Assembly (NCBI GenBank): GCA_048213135.1
Contig: PS015050.1
Location: 59,055 to 104,208 of the forward strand
DNA from: Reclinomonas americana ATCC 50394
Taxonomy: Eukaryota
Direction: 5' to 3'
Length of the DNA stretch: 45,154 nucleotides
Position 1 is the first letter of the stretch. The number at the start of each line of letters is the position of its first letter. Positions 1 to 12,700 of this stretch are shown here, piece after piece. Made by a program: the position numbers and the translations under genes. The notes below the pieces were generated by a model. That model saw nothing but the letters and a program-made list of their open reading frames with translations, made no database searches and was not told where the DNA came from.

Positions 1-473
1 GTCGTTTTCCGCTTTGGTGTTGCCCTGTCGGGCGTGACCTGCAGAGGGAGCGCGCACGGAGAGCAAGAGAGAGTGTGTGTGCATGGGTGTCAGGCAGAGA
101 GAGAGAGAGAGCAACCCTCGCACGCCGCAAGATCGAATTGCGTGCGTCGACGCCACCTGCCTTTTCAATCATTGACTTTTCTTCTTTCTCTCTGTGATCC
201 TCTTGCGTTGCCTCTCTACGTCTGCTGTGGTCGATAGTCTCTCTCTCTGTGTGTGTGGTGCCCCTGTGCATTGTGCGCATCTTATTGGAGTGTCGCGTCT
301 GTTGTCATTGCTTTTTTCGTCACACTGGCCAGTGACCAACGGTCGGTCGTCGCGTGCTTCCCTCGGGTGGACATGTCACCTCAGACTCCTCTGTCACACA
401 CACACTGTCGCCTACTGCTGCTGCCTATCACCTCACTCACTCTCTCTGTCTGTCTGTGTGTGCGCGCGCGCAG

Positions 474-642
474 TCACGTGCACCTGCCAGCCGATGTGGC
501 AAAGCTCGTGCCCAAGGATCGTCTGCTGACCGAGGACGAATGGCGCGGTCTGGGCGTCCAGCAGTCGCGAGGATGGATTCACTACATGCACCACCGACCT
601 GAGCCGCACATCCTGCTCTTCCGCCGACCTGTCTCCAAGTGA
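474..642 (+). CDS. CKS1: Cyclin-dependent kinase regulatory subunit (CKS/Suc1 family), last coding exon; upstream exon(s) probably outside the window
   Basis: After acceptor cgcag| the frame reads [55 protein letters not shown], containing the CKS hallmarks EWRxLGVQQSxGWxHY and [13 protein letters not shown]. Confidence 0.96.
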
Positions 643-1105
643 GACAAGTCCACTTTGTCTCGCAATCCCTTCTCTCTCTCTCTGTGTGTGAGTGCAACTC
701 ACTCTCCTCCTTTCTCGTGCTCACACACACTCTCGCCCTGTCTTTCTGTCTGATCTGTCTGTTATGTGTGTGCTGCGACGCGCCGTTTTCTTGCTTGTGC
801 GTGCGCCGCCTGTAGTATGTTCTTCTTCTCATGGTTTTTTAACACGAAAGAACTCTCGCTTTGTTGACCCTTTCTCCTCTCTCTCTTGTCGTCTGCTCTG
901 TCTGCAGATCAGTCCCCTCCCTCCCTCCCATTGCAGCGAACCGTTGCTCATTGGTGATGCAACTGTTTTCAGTGGTCTGTGTGGTGGTGGTGTGTTTCCC
1001 CAGCGTTTTCTTCTCTTCTTTCTTCTTGCGAAGGCAATGAAGCGTCTGTGTAGCATGAAAGGAAGATGTAACAAACACACACAAAAAGAGTCGATGCTTT
1101 ACTGC

Positions 1106-1329
1106 TTACGGTCGCGCACGGAAGTAGTTGCCCGTCTCCTCGTCATCGTCCTCAGACGGATAAATCGACGAACGTGGCGTGCCTCCTGTCGAAGGCGCAC
1201 CCGCCGTGTGCGACGCTGCCTTAAATTCTCTGCGAAACACGGAAGAGGGGAAATGAGGGCACGCGGCAAAGAGGGAGTGGCGGCTTGCTTTCGCAACATC
1301 ATGTGCGGANNNNNNNNNNNNNNNNNNNN

Positions 1330-1380
<51 letters not shown>

Positions 1381-4300
1381 CCTCTTCCACCCTCTCTCGC
1401 ACTCACCGGTACGAATGGCCGCCGCAGACTTGGGCTTCATCTTTGCTCGTGCCGCCTCCAGTCGCGCATTGGCCACGGCGGCAGCCTGCACCAATCGATT
1501 TCAATCACCTTTCACACACAACGGAACCATGAAACGGGGAGGGTACACGCAACATTGGCAGCCTCCGGAATGAACACATGCGCAGCCAGTTCCGTGAGAC
1601 CCTCTTGTGACGATGTTTGCTTGCGGCTGTCGGCAACCGGTCAATAAAAAAGCAAGTTGATCAGAACGCTGACAATCGAGAGGGCGACCAACCTGAGCTT
1701 CCATCCCGTCTTCATGTCCAAGAACAAAAGCCAGACGGCCAGGGCCGTGGACAGTGCTGTGACCAACATGAAGAAGAGGATCACAGAGCGGTAGCCGTAC
1801 CTGTGAAAGAGAGAGAGAGAGAGAATGGATGAGTGCACAGTTGCGTCTCATCTCGCCAAGGATGCGGTTGCGACAGAACTTGTCCTTGATGGTGCCGGTG
1901 GCGGGAGCCATGGCGGCAAGACCCGCATTCTGAATGGCTTGCATCAAGCCATATGCTGTACCGACAATCTCCGGCTTGACAACCTCCGGAACACACGGCC
2001 ACAGGGCGGCGGCACACAGCGAGTACATGAGGCCGAGCGTGACCATAGGAATGTACGGGTTGATGGCCGTGAACGCCAGGATCGCGTGGGTGCCAGAGAC
2101 GCCAGCGCATGAAATGACCACTATCGTATGTGGTAGTGAAGTGTGAGACATGTGGTGGAAAGGACCAACAACAGTGAGTGAGCGAGTCCGTGCGTGCGTA
2201 GGCGTGTGCGTGTGCGTGTGCGCGAGAAGAGAGAGGGAGAGAAAGTGCCGAGAAACTGTGCAAGGATCTCCACACGCAAGCTCATGTGTGACCCACGCAA
2301 CGGAACCACGGCTTGTAGCCGACGCGGTCGACCACGAAACCAAATATTGGCGACACCACAGCGGATACTGCGTCGCAGCATCGTCAGCACGACTCCAAAG
2401 ATGGTGACGTGGAGCGACTCACCAATGTACGGTATTGATGCCACACGACCAGCCTCGTCTTGTGACATGTGATTTTGCAGCTCAAAGTAATTACTGCGAT
2501 ATGCGAGTGATGGTGGTGCTGCGTGAGTTCAACAATGCCCTCTCTCTCCCCCGCTTTTCCGCACTCATCACGTTGGACGCAACGTGGAGATGGAAACGAA
2601 CGGGAACACGCCGCCGTAGAAGAGGACGCAGATGAAGAAGACCAGCCACAGGGAAAGCGGAAAGTAGCGCACATCCTTGAGGGAAATGTCGGCACTGGCA
2701 CGACTCTGTTCCGCATGTGAATATCCGTATCCACGGGCAGACACCAGCGTCGCCCACCACGTACCCTCTCCTTCTCCTTGGCCTCGAACTCCGCATCCGA
2801 CAGCATGTGCTGCTCCTTGCGACGCTCCACTCGACGAGAACCCTCTTGAATTCGGTCCAAGACGCCAGAGAGCACACTGATGCCCACCGAGATGCCACAA
2901 ATGATGGCACCTGGCACACACACACACCCGAGGAGGTGAGTTCTCCCAACGCACGCAGTCTCCAATCGATACCACACATAGTTCACGCACCGACCCACAG
3001 CGCCGTGGCCATGCTCGATTTGGTGGCGACCGCCGGCGATACGGCCATGTTGACGGCACTTCCCTGCAGTGCATTGTCAGCAACCTCGTTGACTGTTGGT
3101 TTCTGGAAGACGGGGCACTCAACAATTCGTGACACTGACAGCGTGATACCGAGCGCCATGGCCAGCTCCTTGCCGCTAAAGGTGCGTGTCACGTACAGAT
3201 TCTGCGCCACAGCTGCTCACCCGACAATGTTAGTTCTGCTGCACAGACTCAATGAGAAGCGTAGCACGCAACTGATCGACTCGCCACCGAGACTGCGACG
3301 GGGGATAGAGACATGAGCGATGAGAGAGAGAAGGCGGGGATGACTGGGGACGCATCGATGTACCCGAACAGCGTCCTTCCGCAAATCATCACAATGTACG
3401 AGTTGAGTGAGCCGCCAACAGCAAACAGAATCTGCCCAGCTGTGGTGATCAAGGCGTACAGAAAGCCACCAAAGCTGTGTATGCGAAAGAGAGAGACAGG
3501 GTGAATAAATGTGCTGCGCCATACACTCGAAAGAGCAACGCACCGGATGCCAAACAAGGCGTCGATCAGGTAACCGCCAAAGAACACCATGAACGTGTTG
3601 GGAATCGAGTACACAAGGTAGAGCACTTGGTACTGGTTGGTGTCAATGTGAAGACTCTGCGGTGGAACGTGTGAGCGGAGAACGAAGACGCGATCCGCAT
3701 GGAGAGGCGCAACATCTTGAATGTTGGTCTGCAGCGCGGCTGGGTTGTCGTAGCAGTAGTACGAGCCTGCCATGGCGCCACGCACCGTTGGTCAGTGTGT
3801 CGACAGCTCAGCGTCAAGAACGAGAGTGTGCTCACTCACCGAACGACAACAAGCAGGCGCAGATGAGGAAGAACCAGCGGAACCAGAAGCGATTCGGGTG
3901 ACAGATGGGCAGTCGCTTTCTCGTCTCTGTTCGCTTCACGTCGTCGAGATCCTTGACCAGATCATCCAACATGTGCGCCGACCTCATGCGCGAGCCACCG
4001 GAAGCAAGCTTGCCGCCACCGCGAGATCCCAACGGAAACTCGTCGTCGAGGGGGGTGTTGGTGGAGAAGTTGGCGGAGGGGCGGTTCCTGTGTAGAGGAA
4101 AGGGAGTGCGTGAGAGTGGAAGAGAGAGGGAGAAGGAAGAGAGAGAGAGAGGAGGGCGGGAGAGGAGGGAGGGACAGGAGGGAGGGAGAGGTAGAAATGA
4201 GAAGGCGAGGAGAGAGGGAAGAGAAAGTGGAAGGTAATGAGAGGGAGGAACGAGGAGGCGATTCTGGAGAGTGCAGAGGAATGAGAGGGTGGAGAAGGGC

Positions 4301-5283
4301 ATGAAGAGGGAGGAATGAGAAGGTCACAAGGATTGGAGAGAGGAAGAGAACAGACGACGACAGATGAAAGATGAGATGGAGCAGAGTGGAAGAAGAGATG
4401 TAGAAGGAAATGGAGAAGGTAATGAGAGGGAGGAATGACGAGGTGATCCTGGAGAGAGCAGAGGGGACTGAGACGAGGATAGATGAGGGGAATGGAGAAG
4501 GGAACGACAGGGAGGAATACGAGGGAAGAGAAGAGACGACGACACCAGATGAGAGATGAGAGGGAGCGATGAGGCAGTGCGGAGATGAGAGGGAGAGAAA
4601 GTGGAAGAGAAGGTCATGAGAGGGAGGAATGAGGAGGTGACTCTGGAGAGAGCAGAGGAATGAGAGGACTGCGAGATGGAAGAGAAGAGACGACACCAGA
4701 TGAGAGATGAGAGGGAGCCATGGCAGAGACGCAGGAGGGAATGGAGAAGGGAATGAGAGAGGAGATACTGAAGGTCTGAGAGACGGCAGACGAGAGATGG
4801 CGAGGAGAAGCAGAACAGAATGCCACTGCAGATGACTCTAGAGTCATCAATGCATCGGTATGCTCATAGAGAGACAACACAGAATGAGAGACCACTGGAG
4901 AACAGGCAACTCACACACACACACACAAACATACACACACACAGCGCATTCTTCACCGCCTGAGCACTGATGCAGCGAGCGGAGTCACGCAAGCAGGCGA
5001 CAATGCGTGCGCCATGGCGCCCACCCTCCCTCAGCCCACCCCGCCCGCCCCAACTGCTGCTGCATCACTGAACGCACCCACGCACAGGCGACAGCACGCC
5101 ATACCTCACATCTTGTCACCTCTTCTCTTGCTCTCTCTCACTCACAGTCACTCGCCCAACTCACCATCCTTTCATGTCGCCAGTGAGCAGCGAGCTTGGG
5201 TCGCTGCCAATCAGCAGATCGCCTTCGCGGTCGTCCTCATCGACGCGCCCAAGAAGGCCAGTGCGTTCACTGGCCGAGGCCAT
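1106..5283 (-). CDS. MFSD1: MFS transporter, MFSD1-like (lysosomal type), about 16 exons
   Basis: Spliced translation MASASERTGLL...RWFFLICACLLSFG|SYYCYDNPAALQ...YLVYSIPNTFMVFFGGYLIDALFGIR|FGG...GRTLFG|LGGESIT|VAQ...FSGKELAMALGITLSVSRI|GSAVN...ALWPCVPEVVKPEIVGTAYGLMQAIQNAGLA. Motifs GSYYCYDNP, GGES, GKELA and GTAYG..IQN are typical of the MFSD1 family. The exons 3' of 1690 are uncertain (gap at 1310-1329). Confidence 0.9.
4190..4800. repeat. Degenerate purine-rich tandem repeat (about 190-bp period) in MFSD1 intron 1
   Basis: Block GAAGGT(A/C)ATGAGAGGGAGGAA..GAGG(T/C)GA..CTGGAGAG.GCAGAGG recurs near 4231, 4415 and 4610; GACACCAGATGAGAGATGAGAGGGAGC occurs twice. Confidence 0.8.
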
Positions 5284-5546
5284 GCTGTCAATCGGTGATT
5301 GATTGATGATAGCTGATGATGAGAGAGACAACTGTGGGACCATGATCGTCGAAGTCCGCAGTGTTGTTCTCTATTCTTCTCACACAGCTAAGCAAAGTAC
5401 ACTGTCGGCTGCTGGGTGCAGTCGCTGCATAATTGCACATATTCATCAACGAGGCCAACCAACTGCAAGGCGATTGCATACATCGAGACAACTCCCTCCC
5501 TTCCCTTCTCCTCCCTTCCCTTCCCTCGTATACAACGCACAATAGT

Positions 5547-6525
5547 TTACCGATCCATGCTCACGGTGAACGAGGTGCCACTGCGGCCTTCCGGTGGTGG
5601 CCGACCCGAGCGGTGCTCCACCAAGTATTCCCACGCCTGCTGCAACGGCGCCAGCAACGACGGCGGCGGTGCCTCTCGTGGATCTGCAGACGCTGCCGAC
5701 CTCTTGCAGAAGACGTAGCACACAGCACGCGGCAGCACCACGCCCTCGGCCGCCTGCACCTGCTCCGCACACCACACCGCCAGCACACTCAACCCGGCAT
5801 CGCTGGCGTGGCTCTCAAACTGCTCGGCACTCGGACGCGACGGATCCATGACAATCGCCAAGCCGGTATCCGCGCGCAATGCACTGGCAATGGCCGACGC
5901 CACCGGTCGCGAGTGCGCACCGACAAACAGCACATCGGAACCAATCACAACATCACACGAGCCGACGAGATCCTCCGGCAGCGGCTGATGCCAATCCAAT
6001 CGCTGTGCTCGCACGCGATCCGCAACGCCATTGGCGCTGGCACTGGAACGCACTGCCATCGCAACGTGATGAGCCTGAGGAGACAACTCTCTCGCGCAGT
6101 CTCTGTCTCTCTCTCACCGAGCTCGCACGCCTCCTCGACAATGTCCGTGCTGATTACTTGCGTGCTCGCGTCGCCGCACAGCGCTGCCGTGAGACCGCAC
6201 AGACCGGTGCCAGCACCGAGCTCCAGCACGCGACAATCGCTCAGTGCATCACTCGGCAATCCTGTGCGCGCACGTGTGTATAAGCTCTCACTCTCACACT
6301 TGTGCTCTCTTATACGCACACACCGGCAACCATGTCGGCGAGGATGCAGCTGGTGGCCCACACATGCGCCCACAGATGACACTTTGTGGACGACCACGAC
6401 GGCATATTCGATCGCGGATCCACCACATGCATCACTCGCAGAGACAGCGACGCCTGCTGCTCATCACTGCGACGACAGCAGCAAGGCGACAACACAAGGC
6501 ACTGCTCGGCGACTTCCAATGACAT
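5547..6525 (-). CDS. SAM-dependent protein lysine methyltransferase, family 16 (METTL21/EEF2KMT-like), 3 exons
   Basis: Spliced MSLEVAEQ...HVWATSCILADMVA|GLP..CRVLELGAGTGLCGL..VISTD..EACEL|VRSSASANG..RLDWH..DVVIGSDVLF; contains the VW motif, motif I (VLELGAGTG), LDW and the (D/E)xxF motif. Confidence 0.88.
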
Positions 6526-6568
6526 CTTCGCAGCGTGTCCTATGTGTCCTCTTGCTTTCATCCTCACA

Positions 6569-9011
6569 ATGGCGTCGGCTTCGGGTGCCTCGGATGCTGA
6601 GATCACACCGGACGTGGTGCTGGCTTACCAGGCTCCCACAGAAGGTACGCTTAGTGGAGGTGCATGTGTGCGTTTTGCAGCGGCGGTCATGGCGCGGGAA
6701 ATGGCGCGTCACAAAACAAGAGAGCTTTTGTTGTCGCGCGTGTGTGTTGTCTCTTTGTGTGTGTGTGTGTGTGTGTGTGTGATGCAGCTCACATCATGAG
6801 CGCAGATTTCCTGTGTCCGTTGGAGGCTAACACGTATGGTGAGCATTCACAAGTTGTGTGTGCGTGCGCGTCTCTGCTGTCACTCATGTGTGTTTGTGGG
6901 GGGAGCACAGGCGTGGAGTTCCTGTCATTCAAGGTTGCAATTGTTTTGTGGGTGATGATTGATGGGCATTGGTTGCTGAGCTGGGTGAGTTGTCGTCGCA
7001 GATTCGTGATATGGACACGCAACAGGAGATGTTCAGGGTGAGTCGCCTGGAGGAGAGTGGGAGGGGGGAGGAGAGTGAGAGGGGGGGAGTGGGAGAGGAT
7101 GAGCCGCGGGAAGCGGACAAGTCGTATTCAAGGAGTTTGTAAGAGAGTTTGGGAGGATGAGTGGGAAGGAGATGGAGGAAGGAGAGTGGTGCCTGCTTGA
7201 GCTTGGATGCCGCAGATGCAACACTGGAGCTGAGCGTCCAAGAGAGAGAGAGCTTGAAGAAGCTGTACTACGCACAAGCATGAGTGTGATGCACGCGGTG
7301 GAGACAGACGCAACGCAGGAGCAGAGTGTGAAAGAGAGTGGGCATGGCAAGTGAGGCATGAGTGTGATGCACGTGGTGGAAGAGAGGAGAGGGACGAGAG
7401 ACAGACGCATCGCAGGAGCAGATTGTGAAAGAGAGCATTCTGAGTGAGAAAAGCTGTACGCGAGAGGCATTCGTGTGATGTACGCGGTGGAAGAGAGGAC
7501 GGAGAGACAGGTGCAACACGGGAGCAGAGCGTGAAAGAGAGACGATGACAAGTGAGGCATGCGTGTGATGCACGTGGTGAAAGAGAGGAGATGGACGAGA
7601 GACAGACGCAACACGGGAGCAGAGTGTGAAATGGAGAGAGAGAATGGGAGAGAGAGAGAGAGAGAGAGAAGCTGTACGCGAGGCGATGCACGCGGTGAAG
7701 GAGAGGACGGCGCAACACACGGGAGTAGAGTGTGAAAGAGAGACGGCATGACAAGTGAGGCATGCGTGTGATGCACGTGGTGTAAGAGAGGAGAGAGATG
7801 GAGAGAAAAACCAATGCTGCACAGGAGCTGTGTGAAAGAGAGAGAGAGAGAGAGGGAGCACGCCGACTTGAAGAAAGCTTTGACTTGAGAGTCATGCGTG
7901 TGATGTACGCCCTGGAAGAGATAGAGAGAGAGAGAGAGAGAGAGCGTGTCGAGTGAGAGAGGATGAGCCGCTGGGAACTCGTGACAAAGCTGCACGGCAA
8001 TGCTGGAAGAGACGAGTGCGCGAGAGGCATGTTCGTGACACTCGTGCCGTTAGAGACAGATGTGTGTGGCCAGCAGGAAGACATGGTGAAAGTGCGAGTC
8101 ATGATGCTGCAAGGCTGACACCGAGAGTGAAGGCACACGCCCAGACAGACAGGCAGATACACACACGCACACACACACACACACACGCAAACACTCACAG
8201 GCAGGCAGGCAGGCAGGCAGGCAGACAGACACCGAGAATGTGTGAGAGAGAAATCTGCACCCTGTCGTCAAGTTTGATGATTATGTTGTTATTTCGATTC
8301 TGCTTGGGAGAGGCAGCTGCACATGAGGCTTGGAGAGATGAAGAGTGAGGCTGGCGGATACTGTGTTGGAGATCGTGACGCACATGTAATCTCTGCCTTA
8401 TTGCGCGCTGCTGCTTGCCCCGCCACGCTCCTCCCTCGTCTCACCCCTTCTGTGGATCGCAGGTGGAACGAGACCCCACAATGGCCGAAATCCCACTGGA
8501 TGAGATGACGGAGGCCGAGAAGCAGGCGTCGCGCATTGTGCGCTACAACTTTGGCTCGCAGTTTCTCAACTTGCGAACGATTGGCACAACGTTGTGTGCG
8601 CTTCTTGCCCGCTTGCTTTTTTTTCTGCTTCTTCTTCCTGCTCACACGCGCGTATGGCCCATGCACAGACTCGAATTCAGGGTCGGCGACCAGCCGGTAC
8701 CGAACCTGCGCATGATTGAGCGGCATTACTTCCAGGACGAGTTGCTGCAGAGTTTTGATTTCATTTTCCCGTTCTGCATACCAGGCAGCACCAACACATG
8801 GGAGGTCATCTACAACATGCCGCGATTGTCGGAGGACAAGGGTGAGTGCCCAGCCTGCGTCACAAAATAGTACGATTGGCGCTCACTTCGTCCCGATGCA
8901 GCGCGTGCCATGATGGACCACCCGTTCGAGACCTCGTCGGACTCGTTCTACTTTGTCGACAACAAGCTGATCATGCACAACAAGGCCTTCTACGCATACC
9001 TCGACGAATGA
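6569..9011 (+). CDS. UNC119: UNC119 homolog (myristoyl-cargo carrier, PDE-delta/UNC119 fold), 7 exons
   Basis: Spliced [130 protein letters not shown]..|..[29 protein letters not shown], matching the UNC119 signature motifs. Confidence 0.95.
7260..7920. repeat. Degenerate minisatellite (about 7 units of 80-120 bp) in UNC119 intron 4
   Basis: Recurrent GCATG(A/C)GTGTGATGCACG(T/C)GGTG...GGAGCAGAGTGTGAAAGAGAG units with alternating AAGTGAG and AAGCTGTACGCGAG linkers. Confidence 0.85.
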
Positions 9012-9204
9012 GCCGAGTGACTCGTGTTTTTGCCCCAGCGGCCAGTATGAGAGTGTGCGCGAGTATGTGTACGTGTGTGATGGTGTCAACACACACACAC
9101 ACACACACGCCGACAGTGTACCGCGCATGAGATATATTGATGTTCAAAAACGAAGTGGGAGGGCGGTGATGACGATTGGTAGCCGAATACTGTCCCTAAT
9201 CCGC

Positions 9205-10440
9205 TCAGTCCACCCACACGTAGCCAGCCTCGGTGCGGTAGCCGGCAAAGTTGCACACTTTCCACGTCTTGCTGGTGAGATCGATGAGGTAGAGGTACTC
9301 AAAGTCCGACACAATGTACGTCTTCGTGGCGTCGATCTTGCCGGCCACGAACGGATAACCTGGTGTCGAAGAAGGAAACGAGGGAGCAGTGAGGGCGACG
9401 TGCAGTGTCGCGTCGTGTCGAGCGGAGCATGCCACTCACCAGGTCCATTGGGAATGCTCATGAGGGTGGTGATGGCGCCGGTGGCCGGATTGAGGGTGTA
9501 GATCGAGAGGTCGGCCATGAAGTAGACGCTTGAGTCGGACTCGAACGACTGGATGGTCAGTGGGGAGCGCGTGAGTGCGGGCGTCAACGTGTGCGGCGTG
9601 TTCTGCTTGGTGGGCAGATCTGCGTGTCGGACGTGTTAGTAATGAGGCATGATCGCAAGACGACGACGACGACGACGACGCACCAAGCGTGCCAACAACG
9701 TTGCTGGACTGGAAGTAGTACACCTGCTGCTTGGCACTCAGCAGCGTCACCAAACCGTCTTCATCCTTGTTGTTGACGGCGGCCGTGAGGCGCCACGTGA
9801 CACCATTCTGTTGTCGCGAATGAGCAACAACAGTGGGGAATACAGAAGTCATGCCCTGCCCTGCACGCACCTTGCTCGCATCGTGCACCGCATACAGCTC
9901 TCCCGGCAACATGCAGTACAGTGTATCCGAGGCCGCATCGACCAGCAGCGCCAGCTGCAGCACGTTGGGCTTGGCGGCGGCCGGCAGCGGAATCGTGCGC
10001 ATCTCCTTGCCACTCGTCGCATCAATCGCGTGCACTGCAGTGCCGGAGCCGGTGGTGTAGTACATCAACCGGCGTGTGCGATCGTAGGCCAACAGAGGGC
10101 GTGAGTTGGGGTCCTGTCGGTCGGTGGTGCAGGCCGGAACCACGGCGGCAATGGTCGTGTAGTTGCCCGTGGCCGGATCGATGCGCACGAGGGAGCAGGT
10201 GAGATCAGACAGGTTCGGGCGCCACAGTGCAGTCAGCCCTGCAGTGAAAGAGTGAGAGTGAGTGTGTGTGAGTGTGTGCGAGTGTGTGAGCGAGGAAAAA
10301 AGCGCACCTTGCGTGGCCTCGGACTCGCGCTCCGATGGGTGGAACTCCACGTGGCTGGCACGCAGGAGAGGATGCGCGCTTGCAGCAGCTGCAAGAGTGG
10401 CGATGAGCAAGAGGAGGAGCACTGCGTGGGGTCGTTGCAT
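9205..10440 (-). CDS. Secreted protein, probable beta-propeller-like fold, function unknown, 5 exons
   Basis: Signal peptide MQRPHAVLLLLLIATLAAAASA; repeated blade-like motifs LVRIDPATG, VHAIDATSG, IYTLNPATG, YLIDLTSK; GT-AG introns keep the frame open to TGA at 9205. Confidence 0.75.
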
Positions 10441-10824
10441 TTTTCGCGTGTTTGATTGACGAGGACGTCGACGTTCCGTTACTACGTGGAGAGTGTTCTT
10501 ACGAGCTAGTGAGAGTACCACTGCTGTTATCGTATGCACTCTGATTGCCGCCTTGAGTGCACAAGTCAGAGGATTTTTCATAGTCAATGTCGACGTCGAC
10601 GTCGTTGCACTCGCGGCCTCGGGTTCTGGAGGAGCAGAAAAATGCCTGTTATAAGCAAGGCACTCTGTTGACACAATGGCGTCTTCACAAGCACCACCGC
10701 TGACCATAAACATGTCACAGGACCGTGGAAGGCGTCCGCTGACCGTTATTTTTTGCTTCCGCTTTCTCTGCGCACTGCGTCTCTCTCTCTCTCTCCTCCT
10801 TCTCTCACTCTCCCATTGTCTACG

Positions 10825-12181
10825 ATGAGCGCCTCACCCGTTACCGCGGACGAGAACAGCGGCAGCACTCTGCGCCGCACAAACAGTGGCAATGGTTTGC
10901 CTGTGCAGCAGTCACGCGTCTCTCACTCTCTCTCTGTCTCTCACTGTCTCACTCGCCTCCCACGCTTGCAGCCTCGGCGACCCTGGCCTCGCCTGATCCC
11001 AAGCGCGTGCTCAGCGACATCACGGGCTCTGCGCGCGCCTCGGCCTCTGGCGCCCCGCTCGACTCTGATCAGGACTCGGCCGCCATCAATGCCGGTGAGT
11101 GTCACCACACACATGCACGCACACACTCTCTCTTTTACACAACACACACGCACACGCACGCTTCTGCTGCCCACGCGTTGCAATCGCCACGTGGCACCAC
11201 CATGCAGTTGTCTGCTGCACACCTTGTGTGAGGGAGAGTGGATTGTCTTGCATTCACTCGACTGTGCACGTCTCTGCCCTGCCTGCATGTGCGTCTGCGT
11301 GCCTGTCTGCATGTCTCTCTGTGCTCATCGCACACGCACTCTGTGTGTTGTCGGGCTGGCGCGCTGGTGTGTTTCGCAACATGTGCATGCCTCGCCCACT
11401 CTCTCTCCACCTCCATCCGCCGTCAACCGTTTCTCTGACCCCTTTGCCTCCTCCTTCTCCCCACAGTCCGCGATTTCATCCTGTGGAAGAAGCCGGTGAC
11501 GACGGGAGCCTTTTTCGGCACCACGCTGGCCTTCCTCGCGCTCATTGTGTACTACGGCTCGTTCTTCTCGGCCGTGTCGATTGTGGGCTTCCTGACAGTG
11601 GCCCTCTTTGGTGTGATTGGCCTGGTGGGCCCACTGCTGCCGCCCAATATCACCGAGAAGTTTTGTGTTGTTTTTTGGTCGCCATTTACAGAAACGGCTG
11701 TCGCTGACTGTTTGTGTGTTCTTGAAGGCCCACGGCCATTTGCCAAGCGATTGCCGGCTTCCGTCTGTCGGAGCAGACTGTGGTGATGATTGCTCGTCTG
11801 GCGACGGCGCAGCTCAATGCTGGCATTGCGGCGGCGGTGCGCATTAGCACATGGACCGACATGATCACGTCGGCCAAGGCACTCGCCGCGTTTGTCGTCA
11901 TCTACTACATTGGCGGCCTCATGACCCTGTTCAACTGGTTCCTGTTTGGTGAGGACTGCGTGCGTGCTCGCTCGTGCACGGAAATGATCGCTCACTCAAC
12001 CCCCTATCGTGCAGGCATCATTGTCACCTTCACCATCCCGAAGCTGTACTTGGCCAACAAGGCGCTGGTCGACTCGTCGCTGGTCCTGGCCTACACCCAG
12101 GCGCGCAAGTACGCCATCCTCGCCTTCAACGTGGCCAAGGATCGCATCTCGTCGCTGCTGCAAAAGGGCAAGAAGGAGTAA
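10825..12181 (+). CDS. Reticulon-family ER-shaping protein, 5 exons
   Basis: Spliced ...VRDFILWKKPVTTGAFFG (long hydrophobic segment)...TWTDMITSAKALAAFVVIYYIGGLMTLFNWFLFG|IIVTFTIPKLYLANKALVD; D.ILW(K/R) start, two long hydrophobic hairpins and FT.PKLY are reticulon-domain features. Confidence 0.88.
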
Positions 12182-12700
12182 TCCTCGCGTGCCAATCTCT
12201 CCCATGTCCACCGTGAGTGCCGCTCGTTCGCGATCGGCTAAAGCGTGTTGCGACCGCTTTTCCATGTATAATTCGAGCAATAGAATGTCACATTGTGGAA
12301 GGGGGGAAGGGGGGAAGGAGGGAAGGGGGGAAGGAGGAGGGATTGGAGAGCAGGATGAGGGAAGTGAGCCGTGATGAAGAAGGACAAGACAGCGCTGAAC
12401 AACACTCCGGCCGTGTTCTAGTACTGAAGTTGGACTGTGCAACATTCACCAACAAAAAACAAGAAGCAACTGCTGTGTTGAAAGTCCAACCATATCCAAG
12501 AAATCACCACAAACGCCAGTATGGACAGGATGTGCACCACCTACTTACGCACAACTGCGATATTCCCCTGCTCTGTCTTGCACACGCAGGTCATTTCGAG
12601 ATCCACGTTCACCTCCAACACCGCGTCTCTCAACCGCAACGGAGGTACGGCACTCGCTGGAACGATTCTGTTTGCGAAGAGCACTGGCGGACAGTGGTAT

